A DNA stretch of 64,000 bases from positions 49,290,001 through 49,354,000 of the forward strand of contig OZ024747.1 in the NCBI GenBank assembly GCA_964016885.1, in the 5' to 3' direction. Positions 14,695 to 27,646 of this stretch are shown in pieces. Position 1 is the first letter of the stretch. The number at the start of each line of letters is the position of its first letter. The stretch comes from Eledone cirrhosa (taxonomy: Eukaryota). The notes under the pieces are model-generated. The model had not been told where the DNA came from. It saw only the letters and a program-made list of their open reading frames with translations, and did not search any database. The position numbers and the translations under genes were made by a program.

Positions 14695-14799
14695 TATTTC
14701 TACTTTTTTGGCACAAGGCCAGCAATTATCCCAGTGCATTACTGGTACTTTATTTTATCGACCCTGTAAGGATGAAAGGCAAAGTTAACCTCGGCGGGA
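14695..14799 (-). mobile_element. 5'-truncated SINE family A
   Basis: Core sequence present; 11-bp TSD ttggccataat at 14684-14694 and 14800-14810. Confidence 0.9.
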
Positions 14800-15423
14800 T
14801 TGGCCATAATAATGTAAAATAATATATAGCAGATGACAAAAGACCTATCCACCGATATAAAAACTGCAACACAAAATATAAATGTGGTGAGAGACCAGAG
14901 GATAGAGTGTCTATGAGAAAATATAGTTTGAGAAGATTTTTTAGTTGAAATGAACAAGTGACATCTTTAGTGTTGATGCCATGATAAAATACAACTACAC
15001 TACTATTACCAACATCACCCTCACCACAAACTCCACCATCACTGCCAACAACAATACCCTCCTCCCACCACTACCAAAAGCAGCCATAATATATATTTAG
15101 ATCCATAGGTTACAAAACAGTTTTCCTCTGTCGTGTCATGAAATGTACTATGAAAGAGCAAATATTTCTATTTCAAAATGTGAAAAAGAATTTTATATTC
15201 GTATTAAATTTCCTAAGTAACTGTCAATGTGAGAAATAACTAAACTAGGAATGTAAACAGTGTATGTTTGTCATTGACACCTTTGCTCCATTTACTGACT
15301 AAAGAAGGAAGTACAAATATTGTTATATTTGAGAAGGGTCATGTTGTCCTAATAATGCAAAAAAAATAATAATAAAACTCACTATCTGTCTATCATTAAA
15401 AATATAAATATAAGTATAATTTC

Positions 15424-15464
15424 TCAAAGTTCTTTCATCACACATTCTGTGACATCTTCAGTGA
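15424..15464 (-). ncRNA. Degenerate minimal hammerhead-type motif in a Penelope pseudo-LTR remnant
   Basis: Minus strand TCA-CTGAAGA-T-GTCACA-GAATG-TGTGAT-GAAA-GAACTT-TGA; homologous to 46611-46654 and 58877-58919. Confidence 0.5.
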
Positions 15465-17796
15465 TTATTGCTATGTTTCTATAACATTTTTTTGGTTGTC
15501 TCTGTTTGCGCAAATAATTCCTAACTTTGCTGAGCTAAGATATATTCTTTTACTGGTTTCAGTCATTAGACTGTGGCCATTCTGGGGCACTGTACTTAGT
15601 TTTCAAGTTTAGTACTTATTTTATCCATATCTTTTTTGTCACACTGCTAAGTTACAGGACATAAACATAAATATAGACACACAGACATATATATCATCAT
15701 CATTTAACGTCTATTTCTCCACACTTGCATGAGTTGTCCAATTATGAGAAAAGTCAAGTAAGGTGACCCATATCTTCCTCAAATGGATCCTGTATTTTTG
15801 CTTGATTTCTTCAACTGGAGGCCCTTCCTAATGTCAACCATGTTATAGTGTGGACTGGGTTCTTTTTATTGTGGCACCAAAATGGGCAACTGATAGGGGA
15901 GGCTGGGTGCTTTTTTCCTCATGTCACAAACACTGTAACCAAGCAGTTTAACAAAAGGAGATCAATGATCGACTTTAAGGCAGTGCTCCAGCATGGCCAT
16001 TATCAAATAACTGAAAACAGTAAAAGAAAATAATGCTAACTAAAACTGGCTTGAGAATTGTCATCATGATCATTATTATTTGGTGGATTGGCAGTGTCGG
16101 TAGAACATCAGATAAAATGTTTTGTGCCATTTAGTTATATTCTGAGTTCAACTTTGCTTCTCATCCTTCTAGGGTCAATAAAATGAAGTACCAGTCAAGT
16201 ACTGGGGTTGATTTAATTGACTTTCCCTTCCCCACAGATTGCTGGCCTTGTGCCTAAATCAGAAACCATTATTATTATTCCATGTTTGTTCAGTTCTTAG
16301 ACTGAAGATGATATTTAATCTCCCAAGTCTTCAGATTTAAAACACTTTACACAATGCTGGAAGTACCCAACAGATATCTGTAGTGTAGTTATATTTGACG
16401 ATCCTAATGCTCTTATCACTATTGGTATCGTGTTTGCGTTTTTATCCCACATCCTAGTAATTTCACAGTAAACACTTATCTCATGTAATATTGAATCTAC
16501 AAGATTTTGATGTTATTTATTTTGAGAACAATACAGTAACATAATAGCAGCCAGTTTGAACAGAAAGAGACAAGAGAATTCTGGCTGGTTTAAATGCTAA
16601 AGGGTTAAACATCAGTTTGAAGACTTTATTGTGACACCTTTTTACGCTAGCATTGTGCAGGCACATAGTTTCCTTCCTCCACACATCTTTCAATCAACCT
16701 AACTGTAAATGTTATGTTGTACTCATCTTTTATAGGTTGATAAATTAAAGTACCAGTCAAGTACTGGGATTGGTTTAATTGACTTACCCCACTTCTTTTA
16801 CTCTAATGGCTAGGATGAAAGAAATTGTGTGGTGGACAAAGCTGAAAACCTTTCTCTATGATCAAGCCTTCATCAAATTTGTCAAAAGTAGTGAGTCTAG
16901 CACGTAGATCAGACAATAACAGTAGGAGAAGGCACTCACCCTTAATAGTCAGGGATATTCAGTTTCCCTTTACAAGGAGGAATATGACTTACTTTATTTG
17001 ATTTGTGTAAAATTCTTTTTTTTATTCTGTAGCTGGATAATCAGACCGTAGCCAGTCTGCTGTTTAGTTGATTATATCAATTCCAGTACATATTTTATCG
17101 ATTCTTCTTTGTCAGTTAAATTATAGGACATAAACACACAAACTTCTGCAGTTTCCACCTCTCACAAGGTATTAATCAACCCAAGGTTTAGGAGAAACTC
17201 CCCCAAGGTGTTGTTCAGTGGGACTGGACCTAAAACCACATGGTTGCAGAGCAAACTCCTTAACCACACAACCAATACATTTATCACCCACCACCCCTTG
17301 ATTTGTATTTAAACTCTCACCTGTCTTAGTAATGTTTCTTTCCTCCTAATCCTCAAATAAATGGAAGCATTATTGTTATCTTAATTATTTTTATATCCTA
17401 TTTTGTGTATACCTTCATTGCTACAGTTCTGACTATGAAGGAGGCACAAGGGACTCTCTGTGCTATATAAACAAAATAACTATTATGCAGTGTACTTTTT
17501 TGTTTTCAAGTTTCTTACCTGTTGATTACATCTTTTACTGATAAAAGATTCACATACACAAATATATATATAGTTGTATACATGTCAGAATGGAAGTGAT
17601 AAAAACCAATTAGACCATTGCTCACCAGAGTACTCAATACTTGAGGTTGTAGAATGGGAAATATGAAAAATTTGGGACCCTTGCGACAGAAGCTCAGCTA
17701 TCAGGGTCTCAAATTTTTCATATATATGCCAACTACATTACAGAAAGTACTGGGTACATTTTATATCACGGCTCCAGCAAAAGAGAGGTTGTAAAC

Positions 17797-18900
17797 ATCA
17801 TCACCATTTTACGTCCATTCTTTAACGCTAGCATGGGTTAGACGGGTTGTCTAGTTGTGGGCTGTGCCCGGTCGGCTGACCTTGTCTTGCTTATACGGGA
17901 ACTGATTCTGGCTTGATTTCTACAGCTGGATGCCCTTCCTAACACCAACCTCATTTACAGTGAGTACTTTTTTTCCGTGGTGCCTACATGTCCACTTTAC
18001 AATGTGGGCTGGGTGCCTTTTTTGCCATGGCACCTCCACAACCACTTTGCAGTAGGAGGAGGTGGGGGCATATTGTCTATATGCTTCAACTTCGGCTTGT
18101 ACCCGTGGGAAGTCGGGTCTTCTATATTACTGTGACGCCCCAGAGGTCATGGTCGTATGTCATTGCCCTTGAGAGATGCAATTGGGTAAGGTCAGCTTTT
18201 ATCACCAGGTCTTTCCACTGCACGGCTTCCATCAACTTTTAGTGTTCTGCACCTTTTTATGCAGCTGTCATCCCTTCATATGCATCACATGTCCATACCA
18301 ACGCAACCTCCTCTCCTGCACACAGCATTTGATTCCTCTTATACTCAGTCTCTTTCTCAATTCATTTATGCTTTGCTGTTCGCGTATATTACTATTACAC
18401 ATCCAAGCTTCATTTCTTTCTAATCGACGCAAGTCTTCTACACAGAATGCCCAGGTCTCACTACCATGTAACATTACTGTTCGTATACACACATCATACA
18501 GTCTGCCTTTCTTTCATTTTGAGGGAAAAGCCTTTTGCAGATGGCAGTGGCTCCCTGAACTTCTATCTTGTTCTTACTGAACATCCACCTCCGCTGCTAA
18601 TTTGGTCACCTAGGTAGCAAAAGCTGTCTACTGTTTCTACAGAGTTTGGTGGTGCCTGTTTCCTGCTACATGTAAAGCCTACATTCTTAGCTAAGCTTCC
18701 TGAGATCCCACTACACCTCGTGTACCCATTGTTTGCATTTGGGGCAGAGGATGGAGTTCCTACCTACACACTGAGCAAGGCCATTTCCCTGAGGGGATCT
18801 GGGCTCTGTTTTCTCATCTACTTACGAGGACCTTAGTCTTTGAGACCTTCTTTCTAGTCCCTGCTTCCAAGTTTGGAATTTCTTCTCTAGTTCCATGTCC
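17797..18900 (-). mobile_element. RTE-clade LINE 3' fragment with SINE-like 3' extension
   Basis: MLHGSETWA...ERRLRWYGHV in ORF 18268-18492, followed on the minus strand by cacactgtaaagtgg-type modules, ggtgttaggaagggcatccagctgtagaaa and an (ATG)n tail. Confidence 0.85.
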
Positions 18901-19050
18901 TTAATAAAACTGAACAATCATTGTTATAGATATAGCAACAGATTGAGCATTCAATATCAATAAAAATAATGAAACTATATATATACATACATAATCATAT
19001 GTATATACCAAGGACTACATTTTCCAATGTTGTTTTTTAATTTTGTTTAA

Positions 19051-19247
19051 CCCTTTAGCATCTAAACCGGCCGTATCCAGCAAGAATTCTCTCACCTCTT
19101 TCTGTTGAAACCAGCTGCTCACACTTGAATTAAAGTATTGTTTTCATAATAAATAATATCAACATCTTATAGATTCAATATCATGTGAGGTAATTAGGTT
19201 AAGTAAAGCCTTTACCACAAAAATACAATAGTGTAAATGCTAAAGGG
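19051..19247. mobile_element. piggyBac-like MITE (TTAA-CCCTTTAGCAT...ATGCTAAAGGG)
   Basis: TIRs present and TTAA target at 19047-19050; relatives at ~16430-16607, 19400-19534, 20894-21070, 33600-33775 and 44462-44666. Confidence 0.75.
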
Positions 19248-19399
19248 TTGAGACAGTAAAGTGTGGTTTGTGGTAGTCAGAATACATATATATGTAATAG
19301 TTATATTAACAGCTTATAAAAATACCTATGGTCATAAATATCCCAAGACCATCCTGTCTCTTTACATACATAGGACACAGTGTGTCTATCCTTGTTTAA

Positions 19400-19754
19400 C
19401 CCTTTACAGTAAAGGCTTTACCTCACATAATTTTGAAAACAAAACAAAACCATAACATAACTATGAGCGGCCAGTTTGAAGAGAAAGAGGTGAGAGAATT
19501 CTGGCCTGATACAGACAGTTTAAATGCTAAAGGGTTAACCCTTTCAGGACCATAGTTCTCATGAAATACACACTATTTTCAAATAATTGATGAAGAATAA
19601 GGGATGTATTAAAATTATTGTTTCATTATCAGTATATTATCTTAACATATGATTCTTATATAAAATTATGTTGGAAGATATCAATTTAAATGGGAACTCT
19701 TTAAAATGAGCAGCTTTATTTCATAGAATCAGAACCAGTTTTGTATCAAAAAGG
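19400..19754. mobile_element. Two tandem TTAA-flanked MITEs sharing the TTAA at 19535-19538
   Basis: ttaa|cccttt...aaaggg|ttaa|cccttt...aaaagg|ttaa. Confidence 0.65.
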
Positions 19755-20430
19755 TTAATATTGAGTTATTTGAAAGGCTGCTATTTCTATTAACACAAGC
19801 TCTTTCTCTTACTGATTCAGTTTTATTTATTGATTAGTTAGTTTGTCTATTATCTAGGGTGTGTGATTAGGTCATTCAGTGCTTATCTGAATTGTTGTAG
19901 TTGTAACATGACCCAGTCATTGATTGTGCCACATACAGGTGTTAACATAAATTACCTGAATGGATTCAGCTATGACTGAATGGTTAGAAAGATTGATTCA
20001 CAATCAAAAGATCATAGGTTCAACCCCATTCTGTAGGATTTTTTCTACCAAACATTTGAATCAACTTTGTGTGAAATTTGGCTAGATGTAAACTATGTGG
20101 AAGCCCTTTTGATAGACACCATCTGTAATTCATGTTTGGTTTTGTCATTCTCCCAGAGATTTATCTTTAGGGTACACGTGTTTGTGGAATACCAAGCCAC
20201 TTACACATTAATTTAACAAGTAAACAAAAAATGGTAGTATGTACCATACTTTCATCCTTCTGGGGTTGATGTAAACTTTACCCAACACATTATTGGCCTT
20301 GTGCTGAAATTAAGAATCGATAATTAAATAATTTCTAATCTTAGTAAATCCCTCCAAATTCTTCAATACTAAATTCAAAAACTGTATTTCACTGGAAATA
20401 CAGTAATGAAAGGTTTAATATTACACATTC

Positions 20431-20752
20431 ATCATCATCATCATTTTACGACCGCTTTTCCCTGCTTGCAATTGTGGGACAGGAACTGATTCTGGCTTGA
20501 TTTCTACAGCTGGATGCCCTTCCTAACACCAACCTCATTTACAGTGAGTGCTGGGTGTTTTTTGCCATGGCACTTTACAGTGGAATGATATGGACCCCAG
20601 TCCCTATCATCTCATTTCTACAGCTGAGTAAACTGGAGCAATGTGAAATAAAGTGTCTTGCTCAAAGAAACAACACATCACCCAGTCTGAGAATTGAACT
20701 CACAACCCCTCGATTGCAAGGCCAATGCTCTAACCACTAAGCCATGTGCCTC
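20431..20752 (-). mobile_element. SINE family B (tRNA head, CORE-like domain, RTE-derived tail)
   Basis: Minus strand GGAGGCACATGGCTTAGTGG (A box), GAGTTCAATTC (B box), ttgagcaagacactttatttcacattgctccagtttactcagctgtagaaatgag (CORE-like), and a tail matching the RTE 3' end. Confidence 0.85.
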
Positions 20753-21539
20753 CATTCATCGGAGTACATTTGGCGTGTTGCTCTCCAGCTTCTACATTCC
20801 CATGCAACATCACTCTAACAATTCACCGCTTTATGGTATGTATGGACCTGTAACTCCTGATGTCATAGGGACAGTGTTTCTTGGAAATTTTAACCCTTTC
20901 GCATATAAAACCAGGCATATCCAGCCAGAATTCTCTTGCTTCTTTCAGTTCAAACTGAGTGCTCATACTTATGTTAAGGTATTGTTCTCAAAATAAATAA
21001 TATCAAAATCCTGTAGATTGTGTTTACCATGGAAATACAATAGTCAATATAGAGTAATGTAAATGTTAAATCTAGTGGCGCCCATCCCTTCTTCATGTCT
21101 GAACATAGCTGCTTTCTTCCAGAGAAGGAGAGAGTGATAGAAATGAGAGATATAGAGGAAGAATTGCCCTGTAGTACTGAATTATCAACTTCAAAAAGAT
21201 GAAAGACCAAGTTGATCTCAAAAAGATTTTTACTCAAAGAATGTCGCAAACCAGAATAAATACTGTAAACCATTCTGATGTTTTAGTGGCTCTGTCAATC
21301 GATCTCTGTATCAAATACAGTAAATTAGGTTAAATAAGATACTAAAGATATTAACCAAATATACAAATTCCAGCCGTGGGTGTGGCTGTTTAGTTCCCTA
21401 TATAAATAAAAGCATTTTATTCTATTAACCCTGAAAGGATGAAAGATAGAGCTGATTTCAGCAATATTTGAACAGTGCAGTGTTGAAACAAATACCACAA
21501 GGCAATTTGACATGCGGTTTTCCGCATTGCAAGGCAGTG

Positions 21540-23198
21540 TGTCAGTGTAAATCAGGATGTTGTTGGAGACAAGTGTGTCCGAAATGATGCAGGTGTACTT
21601 AGTCACTAATGATCAGAAAAAGGAGGCCTGGAAGTGTCATTATGAGAGATTGATGAATGTGGAGAACGAATTGGAGAGAAACTACCCTCATTAGACCTGA
21701 CAGAGGGACCATCTATTGAGATTGAGGAATATAGGGTACAAGAGGCAATTAAGGAAATGAAAAAAGGTAAGGCCGCTGGACTGTTGGGGATAGTTGCTGA
21801 GATGCTGAAGGCATCAGGAGAAGTAGGTACAAAACTGGTTGCACGCATCATTAATCAAGCTATATATGGTGGTGTCATACCCAAAGACTGGTGCAGCAGT
21901 ATTCTCATAAACTGCTACAAAAGTAAAGGGGATACTCTGGAGAGGAGCAATTATAGGGCCATAAAACTGATAGATCAGGTTATGAAAGTGGCAGAAAGAA
22001 TAGTAGGGAACTAATTAGAGAAAGGGTCAAATTAGATGAGATGTAGTTTGGTTTTGTGCCTTGGAAAAGTACAACAGATGCCCTCTTAGTGACACAACTA
22101 CAAGAGAGGTTCTTAGAGAAGAATAAACCACTATACTTAGGTTTTGTTGACCTAGATAAAAGTGAGAGTAGGAATGGAGTTTAGTGAGGAATTCCAGATA
22201 CATGTAGGAGTACATCAGAGTTTGGTCCTCAGCCTGCTCTTGTTTATTATAGTCCTCCAAGCCACAACAGAGGAGTTTAAGAGTGGCTGCCCTTGGGATC
22301 TGGTTCTTATAGCAGAATCAGTAGAGGAGCTAGAGAATACATTCTGGCTATGGAAACAGCAGTTGGAATCAAGAGGACTAAGAGTGAACCTAGCTAAGAC
22401 AAAAGTGTTGATGAGTAGAAAAGAAGACAAAACTGATTCCATCAGGGAAATGGCCATGTTCGATATGTAGAAAAGGAGCTGGCATAAATTCTATAAAATG
22501 TACATAATGCAGATCTTGGGTACACAAAAGATGTAGTGGGATAGTAGGTAAACGAACAGGTAGGGAAAACTACGTATGCAGTAGATGCACAGGGAAATTT
22601 GACAGTAGAAGTCGCAGTGATAGACACATTTTTCAACTGCAGGTGGGTTCTATGGAAGTGGTTGATAGCTTCTGATACCTAGGTGATCAGATTAGCATGG
22701 GAGGGGGGGGGGTGTTCTGAGGCCATAGTATCTAGAATAAGGACAGGTTGGAAGAAGTTTAGGGAGCTGCTTCCTCTGTTGACAAAGAAGGGTTTCTCCC
22801 TGCATACGAAAGGCACGTTATATGATGCCTCTGTGAGATGCGCGATGCTGCATGGTAGTGAGACATGATGCAAGCATGCTCTGTTGGATGTGTTATGTCA
22901 ATGTGCGTGAACGACCAAGCATAGATGAGTTGAGAGAGAAACTGTGTATAAGAGGGATAAGTTGTAGTGTGCAGGAGAGAAGACTGCGATGGTATGGGCA
23001 TGTGATGCGCATGGAGGATGACCGCTGGGTAAAGAAGTGCCAAGAAATCCAAGTAGAAGGAAGATGCAGTAGAAGAAGACCACGAAAAGCATGGGCGGAG
23101 GAGATGACGAAGGACCGTGACAAGTGGAGAGATGCTGTGCTGAATAGGACCCGTCCCACCCTTGCAAGCAGGGAAAAGCGGACGTATGATGATGATGA
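21540..23198 (+). mobile_element. RTE-clade LINE (RT and C-terminal region), decayed and internally deleted
   Basis: MKKGKAAG, CYKSKGD..RSNYRAIKL, GVHQSLVLSLLLF, LHGSET and RRLRWYGHVMRM; ends gcaagcagggaaaagcggacgta(tga)n. Confidence 0.92.
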
Positions 23199-24049
23199 CA
23201 CTTTAATGACTCCACCATAATTACTGGTCTGTATTGGTAAAAACTAATCCATCGCAGAGCTCAGTTGAAGGAAGAATTTGCTGAGTTTCAGACTTGCTCT
23301 TCTGAGAAAGAAAATATTTAAATGTCATCTATATCATAAATATAATGCTTTCTAAAATATACATTTAAAATTTTAATTCTTTTACTGGTTTCAGTTATTA
23401 GACTGTAGCCATGTTGATGTGAGGTTTAATTGATCATATTAACCCTAGTTGAGTCAGGTACTTTGTTTTCAAATTAAAACCAGACCCATAAGAGAAAATT
23501 TGTACGACTATGACGGAAATGCCAAAACCAGAACCATTTTGGTGTAACTTCATAAGGAACAAGAAAACCAATTCCTTCCTTGCTTACATAGATTTCACAC
23601 ATAGGATAATTTGAATTCAATAGACATATTTTCAATGATTCAGCAGTCTCAGCCTTTGAACCCTAAGATATGGTTCTTTTAAATGTTTGCTCCTTTGTTT
23701 TAACTCTTGCTGGCTACTTGAAATATTGTAAAGTAGAATAAAGTAGTTGATCCAATGGTGACCACCATTCCTGGATCTCCATCAGTTATGGCAATGACTG
23801 TTCCAATTGTTTGGACAACAGAACAGCTTGCTTGTGAAATTAATGTCCAAATGGCTGAGCATTTTATATACATATGCATCATTAATGTAGTTGGCAGGGA
23901 AATCCAGTATCACAGTGCACAACATTTGAAATACAGGTGCAACTCATTTTTGCAGTTGAGTGGATTAAAGCAATTAGAAATAAAGTGTCTTGCTCAATGG
24001 TATTGAAACATTGCAATCAATTATGTATGAATTTTTCTAAAATATTTGG

Positions 24050-24415
24050 TCAAAAGAAGTGGCTCCCCAGAGATAATTCTTGTACCCATATTTGGTCAAA
24101 ACTAGCAGCCCCTCCAGAACTAATGTCTATTCATATATGGTCAAAAGGAGGTAGCTCCAGAGTTGCTGTTTTTATTCATATATGGCTAAAAACTATCAGA
24201 CTCTCCAGAGCTGATGTTTCTATCCATATATGGATAAAAACTAGTGACATCTCCAGAACTGATGTTCCTTCCCATATATGGTATAAAAGATGTAGCTCTT
24301 CCAGAATTGTTTTTATTCATATATAGTCAACACTAATGGCATTACAAAGATGACCTTTCATGGTTAAAAATAGCTCATGCAGAGCTGTTGTTTCTATCCA
24401 TATATGGGTAAAATT
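24050..24415. repeat. Degenerate ~48-50 bp minisatellite (ctccagagctgatgtttctatccatatatggtcaaaa...)
   Basis: About 7 diverged units; HIW(S/L/I/Y)K recurs in ORF 23937-24326. Confidence 0.8.
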
Positions 24416-25429
24416 TGTGGCCTATATAATTAAACTGTCACCCACTACAAAGCCCTGCTAACCACTGTAAAGAAAAGAAAAATGAGATGGCACAGTCACA
24501 TGCCAAGATGTTAGAAGAAAACTTGGCAGATAACGTTACAGAATAGAATAAAGACTTTGTAACAAGCTAAGTACTGGATCATGGCAGAGATGTATAGAAG
24601 GAGGTAGTACATTGCTCCACTCTGTAAGGACCACAACAACCCAGGGTGATTACATGATCAGGAGCAGTAACCATCCTCCCATCCCTATTACGTGTTCCAA
24701 CCAGCAGGCTGAGACCATGCTGGGCACCAATACATCATTCAATTGCTCTCACCACCGCAACCACTATTGCATCTTGGTTCTTTTTCTCACCACTTTCTGT
24801 CACAGTCAAAGAAACTGTAGAATTGTAGGGAGGGGTGGTCTCTGTAGGTTGAGGGAGGGTGGAGGACAGAAGGCAACTTTAATTGTGGCAGTGCCATAAG
24901 ATATATTTAGTGTACACTGTAAATCTGATGTTAGGGACAGCATTATGGAACATAGAAGCAAGATATGATCTTCTAACCAAGCCAGGAGAGTAATACTGAT
25001 GGACGCTATGACAACCTATCCAACCCATGCCAGCACAGGAAGCAGATGTTAAATGGTGAATCAAGATTACACACAATCCTTCCACACTACTATAAACCTT
25101 GTGAACACAGATAGTACATAGCTCCATTGTATGTAGTGTAAGCAAAAGACACACAAACCCCTGACTAGAATGCTAGTTTGTCTATAAATTCTCTCTACAA
25201 CACTGTCTTGTTTGATTAACCTGATATAATGTAAGGCATAACTACATCCCCTTCATTGATACCGTGATAATGAGATATATGAAACTTACTATATTGAACC
25301 AATGAAGTAACCTCTACATAGTTGCCCAGCTTGCTAGAAACTAGTCAAATATTCACCTTAAAAACAAAAAACACATTGGATGTGTTTTTGTTTTCTGCTT
25401 TTTTTCCTTGCTGTAAGTCAATATTGTAT

Positions 25430-25990
25430 GAAAAGTAGAGGAAAAGAGGAAGTTCAGGAGGGATGATGTTCTGAGAAAGAAGAATCAGATGGAATGGTGA
25501 ATGTTGGCTCTGGTAGGGTTGGACACATCATGGTGGAGGTGGGGTGGGGTGAAGAGATGAGGAAGTTTGGAGTGCCTGATTGGGGAGTTGACATAAAACT
25601 GACCAGCCTGAGTAGAGTTGACATAAAACTGACCAGCCTGAGTAGAGTTGACATAAAACTGACCAGCCTGAGTGGAGGTGGCATAAAACTGACCAGTTCT
25701 AAGAAAGAGACGCCATTGTAGTAGTGAGAAAAAGAAAACCAGAAAGAGAAGAAACAGAGCATGAGTGAGTCAGAAGTTGGAGTGTGTGTGTGTGTGTGTG
25801 TGTGTCTAACTTTGTGCCAATAAGTTAAAGTGGATTTTCTGTAGATGTCAGTGTGTGTAGCAGCAACATTGTCTGAGAGATGAGAGCAGTACTCCATTAT
25901 GGGTTTCACTTGATCCTTGTAGAGGGCCAGTAATTGTTAGGAGAGGATGAAGTATTTTCTGGTCCTGAAGAAAAGGGCCAGACTTCTCTT
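25430..25990 (-). mobile_element. CR1/L2-group LINE 3' fragment containing a 30-bp tandem repeat (~25586-25697)
   Basis: LFFRTRKYF...LLALYKDQVKPIMEYCSHL resembles the post-RT L-Y-K-x-x-V-R-P-x-x-E-Y-C-S motif; gttgacataaaactgaccagcctgagtaga repeated about 4 times. Confidence 0.65.
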
Positions 25991-26323
25991 GATTGGCTGA
26001 AATAAAGTTGGGGTTAGTTATAGGTCTACTTCATCAAGGCCGACCTGGGGCCAAACAACAATAAAAACAACTCAACCATTTCACAAAAATCAAATTTAAA
26101 AAAAATGGTAATGAAAAAAAAAAGGATATTTTAAATACTTTCTTTCCTTGGTGTGGACAAAAATCTCTAATGTGTAAGACCAGCGTCTAAAGAGAGGGAC
26201 CAAAAAAAATTAACATTGGGTGGTGGTCACTTTTTTCTGTTTTTTTTTCTTCTTTTCAATTTTTATTATTTCATGTCATTAAAAAAAAAATCTTTATTTT
26301 CCCCCAAATTCTTAGAAAATATT

Positions 26324-26419
26324 TTATTTAACATCAAATCGAGGTATAACTGGCAAGATTAGATTCCCAAATGAAGAGTCCTGAGGAATGAAATAACCTA
26401 CTGAGTTGGCGTGGGCATG
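26324..26419 (-). CDS. INIP: SOSS complex subunit C, coding exon 5 (last): HAHANSVGYFIPQDSSFGNLILPVIPRFDVK*
   Basis: Acceptor tttccattttcag, phase 0, 96 nt including TAA. Closely matches the conserved INIP C-terminus (human HAHAHSSGYFITQDSAFGNLILPVLPR, from memory). Confidence 0.96.
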   Translation of the reverse strand, partial: HAHANSVGYFIPQDSSFGNLILPVIPRFDVK

Positions 26420-26546
26420 CTGAAAATGGAAAAAGAAATACATGTGAATGATATATATATATATATATATATAGAAATTTCGTATTTCTAAAGAAATACG
26501 GTTTTAGGAAGCCGTAGCTATGCAAATACCGGAGGAGGAGGTGGGG

Positions 26547-26672
26547 GGCTAACGCCCTCTGGTGATGTCCAGTTGAAGCAAGGAGGAAAACCGTCTATGC
26601 ATTTCAGGCGTAACTGGCCTTTGTCAGGACGATCCCTCCCACCGTTTGCGACTGCTGGACTAGAAGACAGCC
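26547..26672 (-). other. GC-rich ~125-nt imperfect stem-loop in INIP intron 4
   Basis: Nested helices GGCTG/TAGCC, TCTTCT/AGAGGG, GTCCAG/CTGGAC, GCAA/TTGC, GGAGGGA/TTCCTCC, TCGTC/GACGG and AGGC/GCCT on the minus strand. Confidence 0.5.
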
Positions 26673-27002
26673 GAGAATATATAGTTTTCTTGTCTGTGTA
26701 AATGAGGTGATTAATCTCATTTGCATATGAAGCTGCATAAGTTGGCTCAACTTATAATAGAAATATATATATACGTTTTGTATATTTAATAATATACTGT
26801 ATGTTTATTTTAAAACATTTTGAAGGCCTTTTACTATGAATTTTAAAGTAGTGACTAACGTCACATACCTAGCTTCAGCAAAAGCAAAGGGGAGTAATCT
26901 CTGCTTTTGCCAAACGTTATAGAAGCTGGATTCTTATAGAATTCCAGTTATGTTTATGAGCTTTTTAAACTCATTAAGATATAGAGCGGTTGCTGGCCCA
27001 GC

Positions 27003-27388
27003 ATCATCATCATTTTACATCCACTTTTCCCTGCTTGCAAAGGTGGGACGGGAACTGATTCTGGCTTGATTTCTACAGCTGGATGCCCTTCCTAACACCA
27101 ACCTCATTAAAAGTGAGTGCTGGGTGCTTTTTTTCCTTTCCGTGGCACCTACACGTCCACTTTACAGTGTGGGCTGGGTGCTTTCTTGCCATGGCAACTA
27201 CACGACCACTTTGCAGTGGAATGATAGGGACTCCAGTCCTATCATCTCATTTCTACAGCTGAGTAAACTGGAGCAATGTGAAATAAAGTGTCTTGCTCAA
27301 GGAAACAACACATCACCTGGTCTGAGAATTGAACTCACAACCTTTCAATTGCAAGCCCAATGCTCTAACCACTAAGCCATATGCCTCC
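27003..27388 (-). mobile_element. SINE family B
   Basis: Near-identical to 20431-20752 and 58348-58650. Confidence 0.88.
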
Positions 27389-27399
27389 ATCAATTAAAA

Positions 27400-27646
27400 A
27401 TTTGTATTGGTGCTCTGAAATAGCGATATATATATATGAATGTATGTATTATATATTTAATAATACACTGCATGTTTATTTAAAAACTTTGCTTTTGCCG
27501 AAGCTAGGTATGTGACATAGTCACTACCTTAAAATTCACAGCGAATGGCCTGCAAAATGTTTTAAAATAAACATACAGTATATATTATTAAATATAGAAT
27601 ATGTACATTCATATATACATCGCTATTTCAGAGCACCAATGCAAAT
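27400..27646. mobile_element. Fold-back MITE-like element with ~85-bp inverted arms; partial inverted relative at ~26760-26890
   Basis: tttgtattggtgctctgaaatagcgat... versus ...atcgctatttcagagcaccaatgcaaa; ~27488-27600 is the reverse complement of ~26780-26889. Confidence 0.7.

Noticed and set aside
20789-21103. Possible plus-strand exon pair (STFPCNITLTIHRFM / WRPSLLHV*)
   Set aside because: The first piece has plausible AG/GT sites, but the second acceptor has no pyrimidine tract and abuts a MITE end. No recognisable homology or upstream exons.
21224-21305. Alternative terminal exon for the minus-strand gene
   Set aside because: The true INIP C-terminus and stop are at 26324-26419, and these frames show no recognisable similarity.
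23700-24006. Short ORFs on both strands
   Set aside because: No convincing splice sites or motifs.
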